Positions 50,021-63,084 of a DNA stretch of 64,000 bases are shown here, piece after piece (the stretch's first letter is position 1; each line of letters opens with the position of its first letter). Source of the stretch: Squalus acanthias. Its lineage: Eukaryota. The translations under genes were made by a program, and so were the position numbers. The notes below the pieces were generated by a model, which saw only the letters and a program-made list of their open reading frames with translations, was not told where the DNA came from and did no database searches. Location: assembly GCA_030390025.1 (NCBI GenBank), contig CM059432.1:108688001-108752000 (forward strand), written 5' to 3'.

Positions 50021-51624
50021 AGGTAAGAATATTACTTGTATCATGATTTACCACAGCAATTGCAAGCAATTTGTTATTTATTTTACTGCACAAGGAGAGC
50101 TTAATAACGACTATAAAAAGATATGCTGTGGTACTGTTACTATTCACTTGTTCTTTTACTGTATAATACATGTCTTTGGCAGTTAAACTCCAGTGTGTTA
50201 TTCTGTCACCTTGCGAAGACAAGACGTGATAGAACCAATAGCTGACATGAACTGAAGAGTGTTCTCTATTTGTTCCTTGGGCATGCTATGAATTGATCTG
50301 GATAGCCGGACATTTTATATACTCGCGAGGGTATGTTGAGCTTGGCAGTAATCTGAAACATATCTAAAGTAAGAAAGCAGTAAAGAAACCCTAAAACTGT
50401 AACTCGTGATTATTGAGTATGTAATTTTGTTGATGAAAGAATTTTTTAAAAAGCAGCCACTCATGTTCTGATTTTCCCCCGACTTAAATTATTTTTATAT
50501 TATTATTTATTGAGCTTGTGCGCATGGATTGCAACCAGTTTGGCTCGGGATCCCACGCAGTTTGGGAGACAACTCTATGCGTACAGGTCCCTTTGTTGAC
50601 GCTGATTTATATATTCATACTGTTTCAGTACAAACTCATCAATTACATTAAATCCAACCTGGATATTCTGTCCGTACATACTGTGACCCATCTCCACGTT
50701 ATCAGATTGGAGCTATTGCTCCTAATCACATCCCTGTTAAATAACCTGTTGTTTGATTCTGTATCGGGACCCGGTACCTTGGATGTGTATCAGACATTGG
50801 CCACACTGGTCCAAACCATCGCTATCGCTATGTTCGCTGTGACTTTTTCTAATTATTTTTCCAGCAAATTGTGGTGCGAATTCGCCGCTGCAGGATTGGG
50901 GAGCACAACGATCTAATTTATGGCATTCAGCACCAATATCGCCATTGCAGCAAATTGTGTTTACACAGAGGATAGTTAGAAGGGGGAATTCTCTGCCACA
51001 AACAATTGTTGAGGCAGAGCCCTTTTGTTTAAAGAGAGTGAGATAGTGGCTTGAAAAAGAGGAATGGCATGGAGAGCAAGCAGCAGAGTGGAATTGGATT
51101 AAGCGACCAGGCTTTTCTGCTCCAATGCTTGGCTGTGATTTTCCACCCATTATAGGTGAATGGGCAGGATTCACACTCAGGAGCACAGCAGCAGAAAACC
51201 CTGACCGTTGCCTTGTGGAGAAAAAAACCACGTGTAACCCTGATGAGCCAAATGGCCTGTTCAGATGCTGTTACAGTCTATGATTGTAGAAAAACGTGTA
51301 CTGAAGAGTGGCAGCATCCCTGATTTCCGTTCTTGAATTGTAGCATCCATAAGGGTCATGGGGGGCGATTTTCCCACTGCAGGCGGGTTTCAAACCCACC
51401 CAAACTGAAACCCGCCTCCACTGATAGTTTTCAAAAATTTGCGATTTTCCCCTGATTGGCCACTTGATTTCAGAGGTGTGGGATGCCCTTGGTCAATTAG
51501 TGTTTTGGGACTGAAACTCGCCTCTGCTGACATCACTTTTCCAGTCTGATTTTATGGCTTCTTGCTGCCTTGGATCATTCCACAGCATTTCTGCCTATCC
51601 TGCAACATCTATTGAGAAACCACT

Positions 51625-51810
51625 ATGTCCAATTCCAAGCCAAGGGCCTCCCCGAGGCTCTCGGATGAGGCGCTGCAAATGTTGTTTGAGGGGGTGAGAG
51701 CTAGCATGGAGGTGCTCTTCCACTCATCTGGGAGGAAGAGGCCTGCCAAAGAAACCAAGGCTGTGTGGGTACAGCTGGCAAGGGATATAACCTCCAGATC
51801 TGTGTGCAGA
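51625..51810 (+). pseudogene. Truncated exon 1 of the Harbinger Myb/SANT gene
   Basis: MSNSKPRASPRLSDEALQMLFEG...KAVWVQLARDITSRSVC, after which homology stops. Confidence 0.8.
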
Positions 51811-52013
51811 TTGGGAGAATGTTTCTGTGTGTTGATGAAATGCCATCCCTGTTGGAAAGCATTAAAATGATTTGATGCCAAAATGTTGGCGTTATGGCAT
51901 CTGTTCTTTCGCCTTAGGCAGCTCCACATTACGGGCTCCGCTACACTTGCATTGTCAGGTTGGTGGCCTGAGTGAAAGGAGGCCAGAGAGTCATGTCCAT
52001 TGTCAATGATGTC

Positions 52014-53306
52014 TTAGGATGGAACGAAGGACATGTGCCAACCTGGGCAACCTATGCAAATCTGGCCATGCATGATAAGTTCATGCCTTGCATCCCGGGT
52101 AGCCATGTGCTCGCGTGCTGCTGCTGCTGCTGGTCGATACACCGGCGCTCTGACCTCCTCCTGCTCCTCCTCCTCCTCCAGATCCTCCTCCTCCTCATCC
52201 TCATCTGAGGAGGGCTGGAACTGAGCCACTTGCTCATCAGGAAGCTGCAAGCCACGACGCTGTGTGATGTTGTGCAGTGCACAGCAGACCACGACCATTC
52301 TGGAGACCCTGTATGGTGTATACTGCAGGGCTCCACCTGATCGGTCAAGGCAATGAAAGCGCATCTTCAACAACCCAATGGTTTGCTCAATGATGGACCT
52401 GGTCGAAGTGTGGCTGGCGTTGTAGCGCTCTTCAACCTCATTAGCTGGCCTCCTGATCGGCATCATTAGCCACTTCTTCAGGGGGTAGCTTTTGTCACCA
52501 AGGAGCAATCCGTTAAGTTGGTTTGGTGGATTGAAAAGTGAAGGAACACTGGAGTGCCGCAGGATGAAAGAGTCATGGCAACTACCACAGAACTTGGCGC
52601 AAACATGCAAGAACTCCTTCTTGTGGTTACACACCAGCTGTACATTGAGGGAGTGGAAGCCCTTTCGGTTGACAAAGATAGCTGGGTTGTGATGGGGTGC
52701 CCTAAGGGCCACATGTGTGCAGTCTATGATGCCCTGCACCATTGGCATGCCTGCCATATTTACAAAGCCAACCGAACGGGCGGTTATACTTGCTTGATCC
52801 CTTGAGAACTGGATGTAATTGTGGGCCTTAGCAAAAAGGGCATCGGTAACCTGCATGATGCCACTGTGGGCGGCCGACTGGGAGATGCCGCTGATGTCTG
52901 CTGATGATCCCTGGAAGGAGCCTGAGGCAAAGAAATTGAGTGCGGTGGTGACTTTGACAGCCACTGGTAAGGGGTGTCCACCCGTTCCTCTGGGCACCAG
53001 GTCTTGCTGCTGCAGTCTGCAGATCTCTCGGACAACCTCTCGCGAAAGTCTCAGCCTCCTTTGGCACTGCTGCTCACTCATGTTGAGGTAGCTCATCCTC
53101 TGTCTGTAAACCCTCTGTCGGGGGTATCTCCTGCGGCGAGGTGCCTCGATGCGCTGGCGTCTTCTGCCCTGTGCGCCATCAGGTGGGTGAGCAGGAGGTT
53201 GGCGCTCCTGCTGCTGTTGCTGCTGAGCTGCCTGGTTCTGCTGCTGCCGTGGCTGCTCCTCATCCGAATCTGAGGTCCATGGTGAAAGGAAATGAATGGT
53301 TCCCAT
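52014..53306 (-). CDS. Harbinger transposase (putative nuclease HARBI1-like), near intact
   Basis: Open from the conserved MGTIHF start through [37 protein letters not shown] and poly-E; only the last few codons are shifted by an apparent CATG duplication near 52070. Confidence 0.9.
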   Translation of the reverse strand: MGTIHFLSPWTSDSDEEQPRQQQNQAAQQQQQQERQPPAHPPDGAQGRRRQRIEAPRRRRYPRQRVYRQRMSYLNMSEQQCQRRLRLSREVVREICRLQQQDLVPRGTGGHPLPVAVKVTTALNFFASGSFQGSSADISGISQSAAHSGIMQVTDALFAKAHNYIQFSRDQASITARSVGFVNMAGMPMVQGIIDCTHVALRAPHHNPAIFVNRKGFHSLNVQLVCNHKKEFLHVCAKFCGSCHDSFILRHSSVPSLFNPPNQLNGLLLGDKSYPLKKWLMMPIRRPANEVEERYNASHTSTRSIIEQTIGLLKMRFHCLDRSGGALQYTPYRVSRMVVVCCALHNITQRRGLQLPDEQVAQFQPSSDEDEEEEDLEEEEEQEEVRAPVYRPAAAAAREHMATRDARHELIMHGQICIGCPGWHMSFVPS

Positions 53307-54139
53307 GCTGCTGGCAGATGCCTCCATTGGGGAAGCACTCATTGCAAGCGGGAGAGGGTCTTCCAAGGATGTCCCACAGTTGATAGATTCAAGCTGCAGC
53401 ACCTCCGACTTTGGTAGGCCTTCTAAAAATGCTCAAAGACCTTTTAAAGCAAAGTTCTGCCACCTGCAACTAATCCCTGATGAAATCTCCGATTTAATGT
53501 TGGACCTGCTGCTGTGAGGAGACCACCCACTTGTCAACCTGCCAGGGTTAGCTGGCGTGGTTTAGGATGGTTGTGGAACACGCTGAAATGGTCAAAAAAT
53601 CACGAGGACCTCTCAAAATAGTCTTAGAGAGGCACTTAACGAGCATTTAAGTCTCTTAACAAGCTCTCTGGCCAGCTGGAGGCGGGACCGTTTCCCGACC
53701 TGCAAAACCGGCACCGGCAAAATCCCGCAGAGGCGGGTTGGAGGCGGGTTCCGAACCCGCACTCATCTTTTCCGATTTTCCCGCCTTTCCCGCCTCCAAA
53801 CCCGCCCCCTCGGACGTCAGAAAATCGCCCCCATGGTTGTCAAAGTAATCAATGCTCACCTCCACAAGAGACATCAGCACCAATTTTCCTGGCCCGAGTG
53901 CCCCCAGGGAACGTCCATTCTACCAGTGCCAAAGTCAGGAAAAAAGGAGGAGGGGAGATACATTTCACCGGTTGTTACAAACTGGGGTGTGCCATAGATA
54001 TCTTGTCGGGTTCAGTGTATCTTACATTGATGGGAGTTGACTTCTACTGCTCTATATCTGCTTTCACTATAGCATTACCTAAGGGTGCACAAACCTCTGT
54101 GCTGGGAGCACTAAATTACAACATTGATCCCCTAAAGAA

Positions 54140-54345
54140 TGAAAAGAAAGACTTACATTTTTATAGCACCTTTCACGACCCCGGGACATCCCAAAGTGCT
54201 TTACAGCCAATGAAGTACTTTTGCAATGTAGTCACTGTTATAACGTAGAGAAATGTGGTAGTCAATTTGTGCTCAGCAAGATCCCACAAACATCAATGAA
54301 ATAAATGACCAGATAATCTGTTTTAGTGATTTTGGTTGAGTGACA
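54140..54345 (-). mobile_element. Deu-domain SINE 3' half
   Basis: CCCAAAGTGCTTTACAGCCAATGAAGTAC...CAATTTGTGCTCAGCAAGATCCCACAAAC. Confidence 0.78.
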
Positions 54346-54599
54346 CCAGCGTTGAGGTTGTCTGGTTGTAGGCACCAGCGGCCCACCCCAGCCATGCAAA
54401 TGACCCTGTCCCCGGGATTTGGGACGAGGTCTCCAGCCTGAGGTTAGGTCGCACCTCCAGGGTTTTTGGGGGCCTTGTCAGCTAAGCATTTAATCTGCCA
54501 GTCAGCGTTAAAATCTCTGACATCAGCACAAAAAAATAAAATAAAAATACAGTGCAGGCAGCTTGAAAATTCACAGCATTCAGAGTAAAAGACAATATT

Positions 54600-54830
54600 C
54601 ACAGCATTACACAAATAATAGAAACATTGCTGGAAGTACACAGCAAGTTAACCAGTATCAGAAAGAAAAAGACAGGTTTATTTTTGGTTGAGACTGTTCA
54701 GGTTAATGTTTCTGCTGAAGGGTCTCACCTGAAACCTTAAGCTGTCTTTTCCCTTTCAGGTGCTGGCTGACCTGCTGTGCAGTTCACACTATTTTCTGCT
54801 TTTATTTTCGAGTTTCTGACATTCGCGGTT
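54600..54830. mobile_element. Decayed inverted pair of Penelope-like termini
   Basis: 54620-54680 resembles 41580-41640; 54710-54810 is the opposite orientation with CTGCTGA-AGGGTCTCACCT-GAAA. Confidence 0.5.
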
Positions 54831-55464
54831 TCACTTTTTATCTCCATTATTTATTTTACCTGTTATGACCCGTTCTAAACAATGCCAAGCAGAGCCTTTT
54901 CTCAACCCGGGAGTTTAACTACGTTGTGGTTTTATGTATATTTTACAGCAGAGAAAAATAAGCTGAAAGATCTCTTCTTGATTACCTTTTCCACAGGGAT
55001 TTTTCTTTCTGGTTGCAATGCACTGTTTCTGTGAACAACAGGATATTTTGTTGGTTTTCTAGCTGGAATGCATCCTTACAGTTTACTACCAATACTATCT
55101 TTAAAGTATTTCATTTGAATTGCTTAACCTTTGATTTGTATTTAAAACACAATCTCCCTCTATTCATGCTTCAATAATAATTTTCACAGAAATCTCTTCC
55201 TAATATTTTATTTACTATATTTTCAGAGAAGAAATGGGAAGTAGAGCCAACCATGAAGGAGATTTAGTGTTGAGCAGCTACAATGTTACAGAATGTGGGA
55301 TAAATTTTATGAGTTAGCACTCCCGGTGGAGAGCTTCGTGTGATGGTAACACGTAGCGGGAATTCAGGTGCAGAGGTCAATGTTTGTCCTGCACAGCTTT
55401 CTGTCCATCTCTTCTGATGCGTTGTGTTAAAAATGATAAAGGGATTCGATAGGGTAGACACAAA

Positions 55465-57920
55465 GGGGGCTGAGTTCGATAACCCCCGAAAACAGACGTG
55501 GGGATCGTGATGCGTCTGTTCAGTGTAATGCAGGGAGCGCGCCAACTTCGTACTGCCTGCTCATTTCAGTTATTTCAGTGTGCAGCCAGCGCGAATCGTG
55601 CTGTTGACCACAAGTTAAAGGTAGCCTGCACTGCTTAAAGATAGCCTGCACCTCTTAAAGGGTGGTGCATTGTGGCTGGAGCAGATGCTGGAAGTCGTTC
55701 TACAACTGAATCCAACCTGGGAAACAGTGAAGAATGGCACAACAGGGGAGAGAGCGTGCTCCAGGGTTTTCCGATGCTCCACTGGAGGCCTTGGTGGAGG
55801 AGGTGGAAAGGAGGAGAGAGGTCCTGTATCTACAGGGGGCCAGGAAGCCCTCCAGACAGACACTTAGAAGGCAGTAGGAGCAGATAGCCATGGTGGTCAA
55901 TGCCAGGTGTCTAGCCCCGAGGACCTGGATGCAGTGCTGCAAGAAGTTCAATGACCTCACACGAGTGGTCAAGATCCGTGAATGCATCTTCAAAAGCTAT
56001 ATCCTACAAACTGTACCACGAGCCTCAGCCACTGCTCAATGCACCGCACCCTATCACTTATCTACCAACAATCTCCATCAATCAGGATTCATACCTAATG
56101 TTCATAGCTTCACCTCACCGTCACACACTTAGCACTTCTGCAAGCCTCACATCTCACAGCTTGCACACACTGCCAGCTATTCAACCATGACAGCCACATC
56201 ACCCAAACAGATTGCACCACACTCACTGACACACTTCCCTCTCTTTTGCAAGACAAGATGGTGCAGTTCCGGAGGCAGCAGGAGCTAACCAGCGAGGGAC
56301 AGCGTGCCTGTATGTCCTAACCCCCATGGAGGAGATGGTGCTGGCCATTATCGGAAGGGCCATTGCTGAGGCCGTGGCCAGCGGCGGGGCTGAAACCATC
56401 GAAGGTGGCGGTATCCTCATACCTAATCCTCCTTCTCACATCTCACTTCCCCCTCATCCCACAATCGCTTCTGAATTACAAGCTGCACATGGCGTAAGCA
56501 TGCACCTCTTACTTCCCCCCTCCTCACCACAACCCTACCCTGGTGCCTTTCTCCTTTCTGGTATCCAAGAACTGCAACCTGGCGAGGCAGTGATGGAAGA
56601 GCAAGAAGACAATGATGATGAAGACACACCATCACTTGATTTAACACTTGCAGTAATTTAGAGGATAGCATAGAGGCGGGATCTGCACATTGTGAGATGC
56701 TGGGCACTAATGACCTGCAGCCAGGGCAGGGGGCAAGGATAGTGCAGGTGCCAGCTCGCCGGAAGGCGAGGTCACACACGAGTTCTGCTGCAAAAGACTC
56801 AGATGAAGTCTTCGATGGGGCATGCTACAGAAGGGTATGCATAATGAAATGCTTGGTGCATTGGGAAGCCCGCCAGAAAGCCTGCGTGCAATGTCAATGA
56901 GCATGGAGGAGTCCGGCACCAACTTGGTACAGGGCTTTGCGCAGAGCTTGGAGCCCATCCATTCCAGCATGGAAGTGGTGGTCAACTCCATTAGCACACT
57001 TGTGGACCCAACCATGATGCAGCGTCTGATGGCCGATGTCTCAGCTTCCATTGCAGTACAAGCAGAAGCCACCCAACATCTGAGTGCTGCAGTGGAAGCT
57101 CAGACTGGTGTAGTGCAAGGTCAGCTTGCTGCTGTGCAAGCTCAGACTGCTGCTATCATTTCTCTGCATTCCAGTGTTCAAAGTGGTTTGCAGGGTGTCA
57201 CAGCAGTCCAGCAATCTGTCCTCTAACAGATTACTAGGATTGCTGAGGCGCCGACCTGGGGAAGTGGCAGTGGCTCCGTGGAGCAAGAACCTGCTGTCCT
57301 CTCTCAGGATGACAGCATTCATCCTCCCACCACTGCCATTCCGTCGGGACCCTTGCTGTTGCCCATCAGCCAGCTCAGACTGCTGCTGCCCCTCATGCTG
57401 AGATGGTGCAGTCCACAGCCGGGTTTTCTCGGCCCAGATCTGCTCGAGGCCATCCTCTAAGGCATCTGTAGACTCCTCCACTGAAAGTCAGCAGCCTTCC
57501 ACCAGCCATGCTGCAGCCACTGGGGTAGCACTGTGTAGGAGCACTAGGACAGGCAAAGGCACATGAAAGGGAATGCACATGGGTGATTAGTTGATGTTTG
57601 TATGCAATATGGCATGATTTGATTGATAAATTTGGTTTGGAATGTTTATTTTGTGGAGGCTTTTATTTTTGCATTGTGGCCAAGTGTGATGGTCAGTGAC
57701 AGAGGGAAGGTAAGGTGTGGGACTGTTGGTGAAGTTGCTGTTACTGGCATTGCACTCGGATGAATTCTTCACGGACAGCCTGGCCAGAAAAGGGCTGTCT
57801 GGGTTGCGCCCTCCCTTCCTCTTCCTCCTCTTCTTTCTCTTCCTCCTCCTCCTCCTCCTCCTCCTCCTCCTCAGCTCCTCGCCATATAGCTGGTGGCAAG
57901 AACTGTGCCCTCATGACAGC
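55465..57920 (-). mobile_element. PIF/Harbinger transposon, copy 5 (H2): Myb pseudogene on plus (ATG 55734 to ~57570) and transposase C-terminal remnant on minus (57740-57915)
   Basis: MAQQGRERAPGFSDAPLEALVEEV...RTWMQCCKKFNDL; colinear in reverse with 35200-36900. Confidence 0.82.
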
Positions 57921-58615
57921 CAAAAGATAAAGCTTGATTTGTATTTCCTAACCTGTGGTTTTCAAATATTTACACCAAGCTCTAATATTCTTAAAAAAGT
58001 GATTTCAAAGTCATCAGGTTCTTTAAACTCAATGACAGCAAAGGGCTGATCCCCTGAACAGGTGCTTCCAGTGAGGTGCAGCATCACAGGGAGCGCTGGT
58101 TAAGGTGATCACAGGCCGGCATGTGTGGGGGAATAATCTGTTAATACTTTCTGTTGCCTTTCCCGTACTTTTTCATTCACATCTACCTTTTTAGAGAACA
58201 CTGGAAATGGATAGAACTGACTTTGTAGCACCTTTTGCATCCTCAGGATGTTACAAAGCACCTTGCAACCAATGGATTACAGGATTTTTTTGCCTTGCCA
58301 TTACTTTTGCAACATGCATCTTAATTGACCATAATCTGCGCTCCTAAATCATGTTGCTTTGTTCTGTTCACAGATGTACAAAATACTGCATCTTATACAA
58401 AGGATGCTCTATGTGATGTTACTGTTGGTCAGCCCCATGTGAATTGGACCTTGCCACTTGAACAGGAGCTTTGAATCACAACATACTAGAGAACTGTTTC
58501 CGACTACTCATTAGATTGTATCAAGAGCCAATGTGGTCTGCCAGTGAACGTCTAGGTGGTACTGGGTTGTACGTTGCTATAGGTGTTTTCAGGCGCCTGA
58601 TGAATCAGACACATG

Positions 58616-60435
58616 GGGCTCGATTTTAATTCCCGAGGCGGGTTGGAGTCGGGTTGCGTGGTGGGCGGGTTCGGGAGCTGCTTCTGGCGGGAACAGCTGC
58701 GATTTTTATTAAAGTACCTTGTTAATTTCATGGAGGCGCGCTGGCCGGTCCAATGAGTGGGATCGGGACGGCTGGCCGCCTCTGATGACGTCATAATAGC
58801 AGCTGCTTTTAAAGCTGCCTTCCAGCCTTAGCCTTTCCATTGTGGTTTCCTGCACTTCTTTTCAGACCTCTGACTTCTTCCAGAGGCAAGGCAGCTCCTC
58901 GGTTTAATGATGAGTCCCTACAAGTTCTTGTCGATTCTGTCAGAGGGCGCAGGGAGATTCTCTTCCCTCCTGATGGCCGGAGGAAGCCTCCTCAGCAGAC
59001 CAAGGCAGCCTGGCTGCGCATTGCTCAGGAGGTGAGCGCAAGGTCCATTTATGCACGGTCATGGATCCAGTGCCGCAAAAGGTTTAATGATCTTGTGAGA
59101 ACATCAAAAGTGAGTATCCCATCTCACTTGCCTTCAATCTGCTTCCCTTCTCTTCTCATCACCTGCACTCTGCTTTGGAAGCCTCCTCCTTCACATCCCA
59201 CCTTACTCTTACTTCCCTTGCATCCTTTCCTATCCATCTCTGTCTCTGCACTGAATCACTTCAGCATCCTGACTATGCACCCTTTAGTCTCGCTCTCACT
59301 GTCATGCAGTGACAACTAACAACGCACAGGGAGCTACCTTCCTCTTGGCACCTTACCCCATCTTCGTCTCACTCAAAGCTTCTATGGTAGGGATTAATCA
59401 CACTCACTCCATCACTGTGGCTGAAACACCTTGCAGGAAAAGATAGCCCACAATAAGAGGGAGAGAGCAATGACTAGAGGAGGAACAGCTACCCTTGCAA
59501 CATTGACCAGTGCTGAGGAGGCAGCAAACGAGATTGTTGGAGGTGGCGAGGACCTGGAAGTGGGCGATGGAGAGACGGGCACACTAGAGGAAGCTGATGA
59601 CATAATAGATCTTCATCCCTCTCAGAAAGCAATGCAATATGATGTTCATAGAGAATCGCTTTGTATCATCTGCTCAAAAGGATGTGTCTGCTACATCAAT
59701 ATCAGATGTCTAATTCAAGCCTTTACTCTCCCACAGGACCATCGAGCGCCCCCCTCCCCACGATCCAGGACGAAGACCCGGACATCTCCTCAGAGGAACC
59801 TGAAGCCTCTGAGGGAGCAGCGTCACCAGGACTCAGCGCTCCCAGCACCAGCACAGCAATGCACACCTCGGTGGGGCCATCGCGAGTTAGAGTAGTTTTG
59901 CCACCTGGTCTATCACTGCGCACAAGTGAGCATCAGCAGATGGTGAAGACAGCGACAGCAGTGGAAAGTCCTCCTCGGAGGTCGCAGGACTCTCCTAGCT
60001 CTGCTGAGCTGCATGTAGACGCTGTGCCTCTGGGGCCATCCAGAAAAAGAGTGGTTTGTGAAATACAGGAACAAGTGCAGGTGTCTCTGGAAGGGTTTTC
60101 CTCCAGGATTAGTGCGAGTGTGGAGAGAATGGAGGAGTCCATCTGTAACATCAGCACTGCCATGGTGGAGGCAATGGCGCATGAACGCACCACCATGGAT
60201 AAGATGGCAACCTCCGTGGAAAGGATGGCTACCTCAGTGGAAAGGATGGCTACCTCAGTGGAAAGGATGGCTACGGCCATGGGGGAAATACGTCGCCAGA
60301 GTCAGGAAAACATGGTGAATGTTCAGAATAGAATGACATCTCTGGAGGAGCGATGGGCAGCTATTGAGCAGAGAAACCAGAGCTTCATGGACGTCCTTTT
60401 GAGGAGGACTGCCAGTGCAGATACAGGTCCTGTAC
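58616..60435 (-). mobile_element. PIF/Harbinger transposon, copy 6 (H1), Myb half only; Myb exons on plus at ~58865-59109, 59437-59596 and 59737-60435
   Basis: TIR GGGCTCGATTTT; KAAPRFNDESLQVLV...RSWIQCRKRFNDL; MATSVER repeats; exon 2 donor mutated to AT. Confidence 0.88.
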
Positions 60436-62530
60436 ACCCAAGTCCAAGTCATTAATATATATCAAGAAAAGCAGTGGTCCTAGAACCGAGCCCTGGGGAA
60501 CACCACTGTATACTTTTCTCTAGTCCAAAAAACAACCGTTCACCACTACTCTCTGTTTCCTGTCACTTAGCCAATTTCATATCCATGCTGCCACTGTCCC
60601 TTTTATTCCATGGGCTTCAACTTTGCTGGCAAGCCTATTATGTGGCACTTTATCAAACTCCTTTTGGAAGTCCATGTACACCACATCATCCGCATTGCCC
60701 TCATCAACCCTCTCTGTTACCTCGTCAAAAACCTCAATCAAGTTAGTTAAACACGATTTGCCTTTAACAAATCCATGCTGGTTTTCCTTAATTAATTCAC
60801 ACTTGTCCAAGTGACTGTTAATTTTGTCCCTTATTATCATTTCTAAAAGCTTCCCTGCCACCGAGGTTAAACTGACTGGCCTGTAGTTGCTGGGTTTATT
60901 CTTACACCCTTTTTTGAACAAGGGTGTAACATTTGCAATTCTCCAGTCCTCTGGCACCACCCCCTTATCTAAGGAGAATTGGAGGATTATGGCAGTACCT
61001 CAGCAATTTCCACCTTTACTTCTCTCAGCATCCTAGGATGCATCCCATCTGGTCCTGGTGACCTATCTACTTTAAGTACAGCCAGCATTTCTAGTACCTC
61101 TTCCTTATCAATTTTTATCCCATCCAGTATCTCAACTATCTCCTCTTTCACTATGACTTTGGCAGGATCTTCTTCCTTGGGAAAGACAGATTCAAAGTAC
61201 TCATTTAGTACCTCAACTATGCCCTCTGCCTCCATGCGTAGGTCTCCTTTTTGGTCCCGAATCAGCCCCACCCCTCCTCGTACTATCCGTTTCCTATTAT
61301 ATGCCTCTAGAAGACTTTTGGATTTCCTTTTATGTTAGCTGCCAATCTATTCTTATACTCTCTCTTTGCCCCTCTTATTTCCTTTTTCACTTCCCCTCTG
61401 AACTTTCTATATTCAGCCTGGATCTCACTTGTATTCTCAACCTGACATCTGTCATACACCCCCTTTTTCTGCTTCATCTTACTCTATCTCTTTCGTCATC
61501 CAGGGAACTCTGGCTTTGCTTGCCCTACCTTTCCCCCTCGTGGGAATGTACCTCGACTGTACCTGAACCATCTCCTCTTTAAAGGCAGCCCATTGTTTGA
61601 TTACAGTTTCGCCTGCCAATCTTTGATTCCAATTTACCTGGGCCAGATTCGTTCTCAACCCACTGAAATTGTCCCTCCTCCAATTAAATATTTTTACTCT
61701 AGTTTGCTCCTTGTCCTTTTCCATAGCTAATCTAAACCTTATGATACTATGATCACTGTTCCCTAAATGTTCCCTCCTGACACTTGCTCCACTTGACACA
61801 CCTCATTCCCCAGAACCAGATCCAGAAATGCCTCCTTCTTCATTGGGCTGGAAACGTACTGATCAAGAAAGTTCTCCTGAACACACTTAAGAAATTCTTC
61901 CCCCTTTCTGCCCTTTACACTATTACTATTCCAGTTTATATTAGGATAATTGAAGTTCCCCCATTATCACTACTCTATAGTTCTTGCACCTCTCTGTAAT
62001 TTCCCTGCAAATTTGCTCCTCTATATCCTTCCCACTAGTTGGTGGCCTTTAGAATACACCTAGTAGTGTAATGGCACCTCTATTGCTTCTTAACTCTAAC
62101 CGAATCGATTCTGTCCTTGACCCCTCCAGGACATCCTCTCTCTCCAGCACTGTAATATTTTCCTTCATCAATACTGCCACCCCACCTCCTTTCTTTCCTT
62201 CCCTATCTTTCCTGAACACCTTATATCCAGGAATATTTAGTACCCAATCCTGCCCTTTTTTGAGCCAGGTCTCCGTTATCACCACAACATCATATCCCCA
62301 TGTGGCTATTTGCACCTGCAGCTCACCAACCTTATTTACCACACTTTGTGCGTTTACACACATGCACTGTAAACCTATCTTAGACCTTCTTGTATTCACT
62401 TTTAGTCTGACCCACCTAATACCGTACTATCTCTTACTCTAGTGCTATCTGTCTCTCCCAATCCTTTGTGCACCTTGTTTCTCCTTTCTAATGCTACATC
62501 CTGGTGCCCATCCCCTTATCAAATTAGTTT
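60432..62530 (-). mobile_element. CR1 LINE ORF2 5' part (APE endonuclease and RT N-terminus), frameshifted, 3' end missing
   Basis: YDVVVITETWL, LGNSDHSII, SPGPDGMHPR, NYRPVSLTS, VYMDFQKEFDKV. Confidence 0.92.
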
Positions 62531-63084
62531 AGTTTAGTCTGCAAATTGTTCACTCTGGAGAAGAGATCGAATATCAGAAGACATAAGTTAAAAATTAGGA
62601 AGTTAGAAGTAAGAAGGAACATGAGGGGGAACTTGTGCCTTTTCATTGTCCCCTGAGATAAGAACACAGAGTTTTTTAAGAACAGGAAAAGCTATTAGAC
62701 TCAAACACACCTGTCCTTTTTTTAGATATCAATCCCATCAACAACCTTTTCACCATAATCCCTGAATCCATTTCTCTCCAGGATCCATTTATACTGTTTG
62801 CTTCAATTGGCTTTCCTGGCATCTTATTCCACAGCTCTATTATCCCCCTCACTTTTCTTCTGACTCATAACCACCAAGATTTTAATGTGTGTTTCCTGGC
62901 ACTTAAACCCTTCACCAGAGTGAAGAATTTGCTCGAAATAATTTTTATTAATTCCCTTCATTAGCTTAAGAACTTTACTTAGATCACCTCAAAGTCTCTG
63001 GGACATTATAATTCAAATCTTCCACATTTCCATTGAGGGCCTTTCTGACCAGCAGTACCGTCCTATAGGGTATAATTTTTTAAA

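Larger units (their letters stand above)
51361..53832 (-). mobile_element. PIF/Harbinger transposon, copy 4 (H1), transposase-only derivative
   Basis: Perfect 13-bp TIRs GGGGGCGATTTTC / GAAAATCGCCCCC flanked by ATG on both sides. Confidence 0.95.

Noticed and set aside
52014..53402. Host domesticated HARBI1 gene
   Set aside because: The ORF lies between TIRs with a TSD and has paralogous transposon copies in the window, so it is a transposon transposase; no gene symbol assigned.
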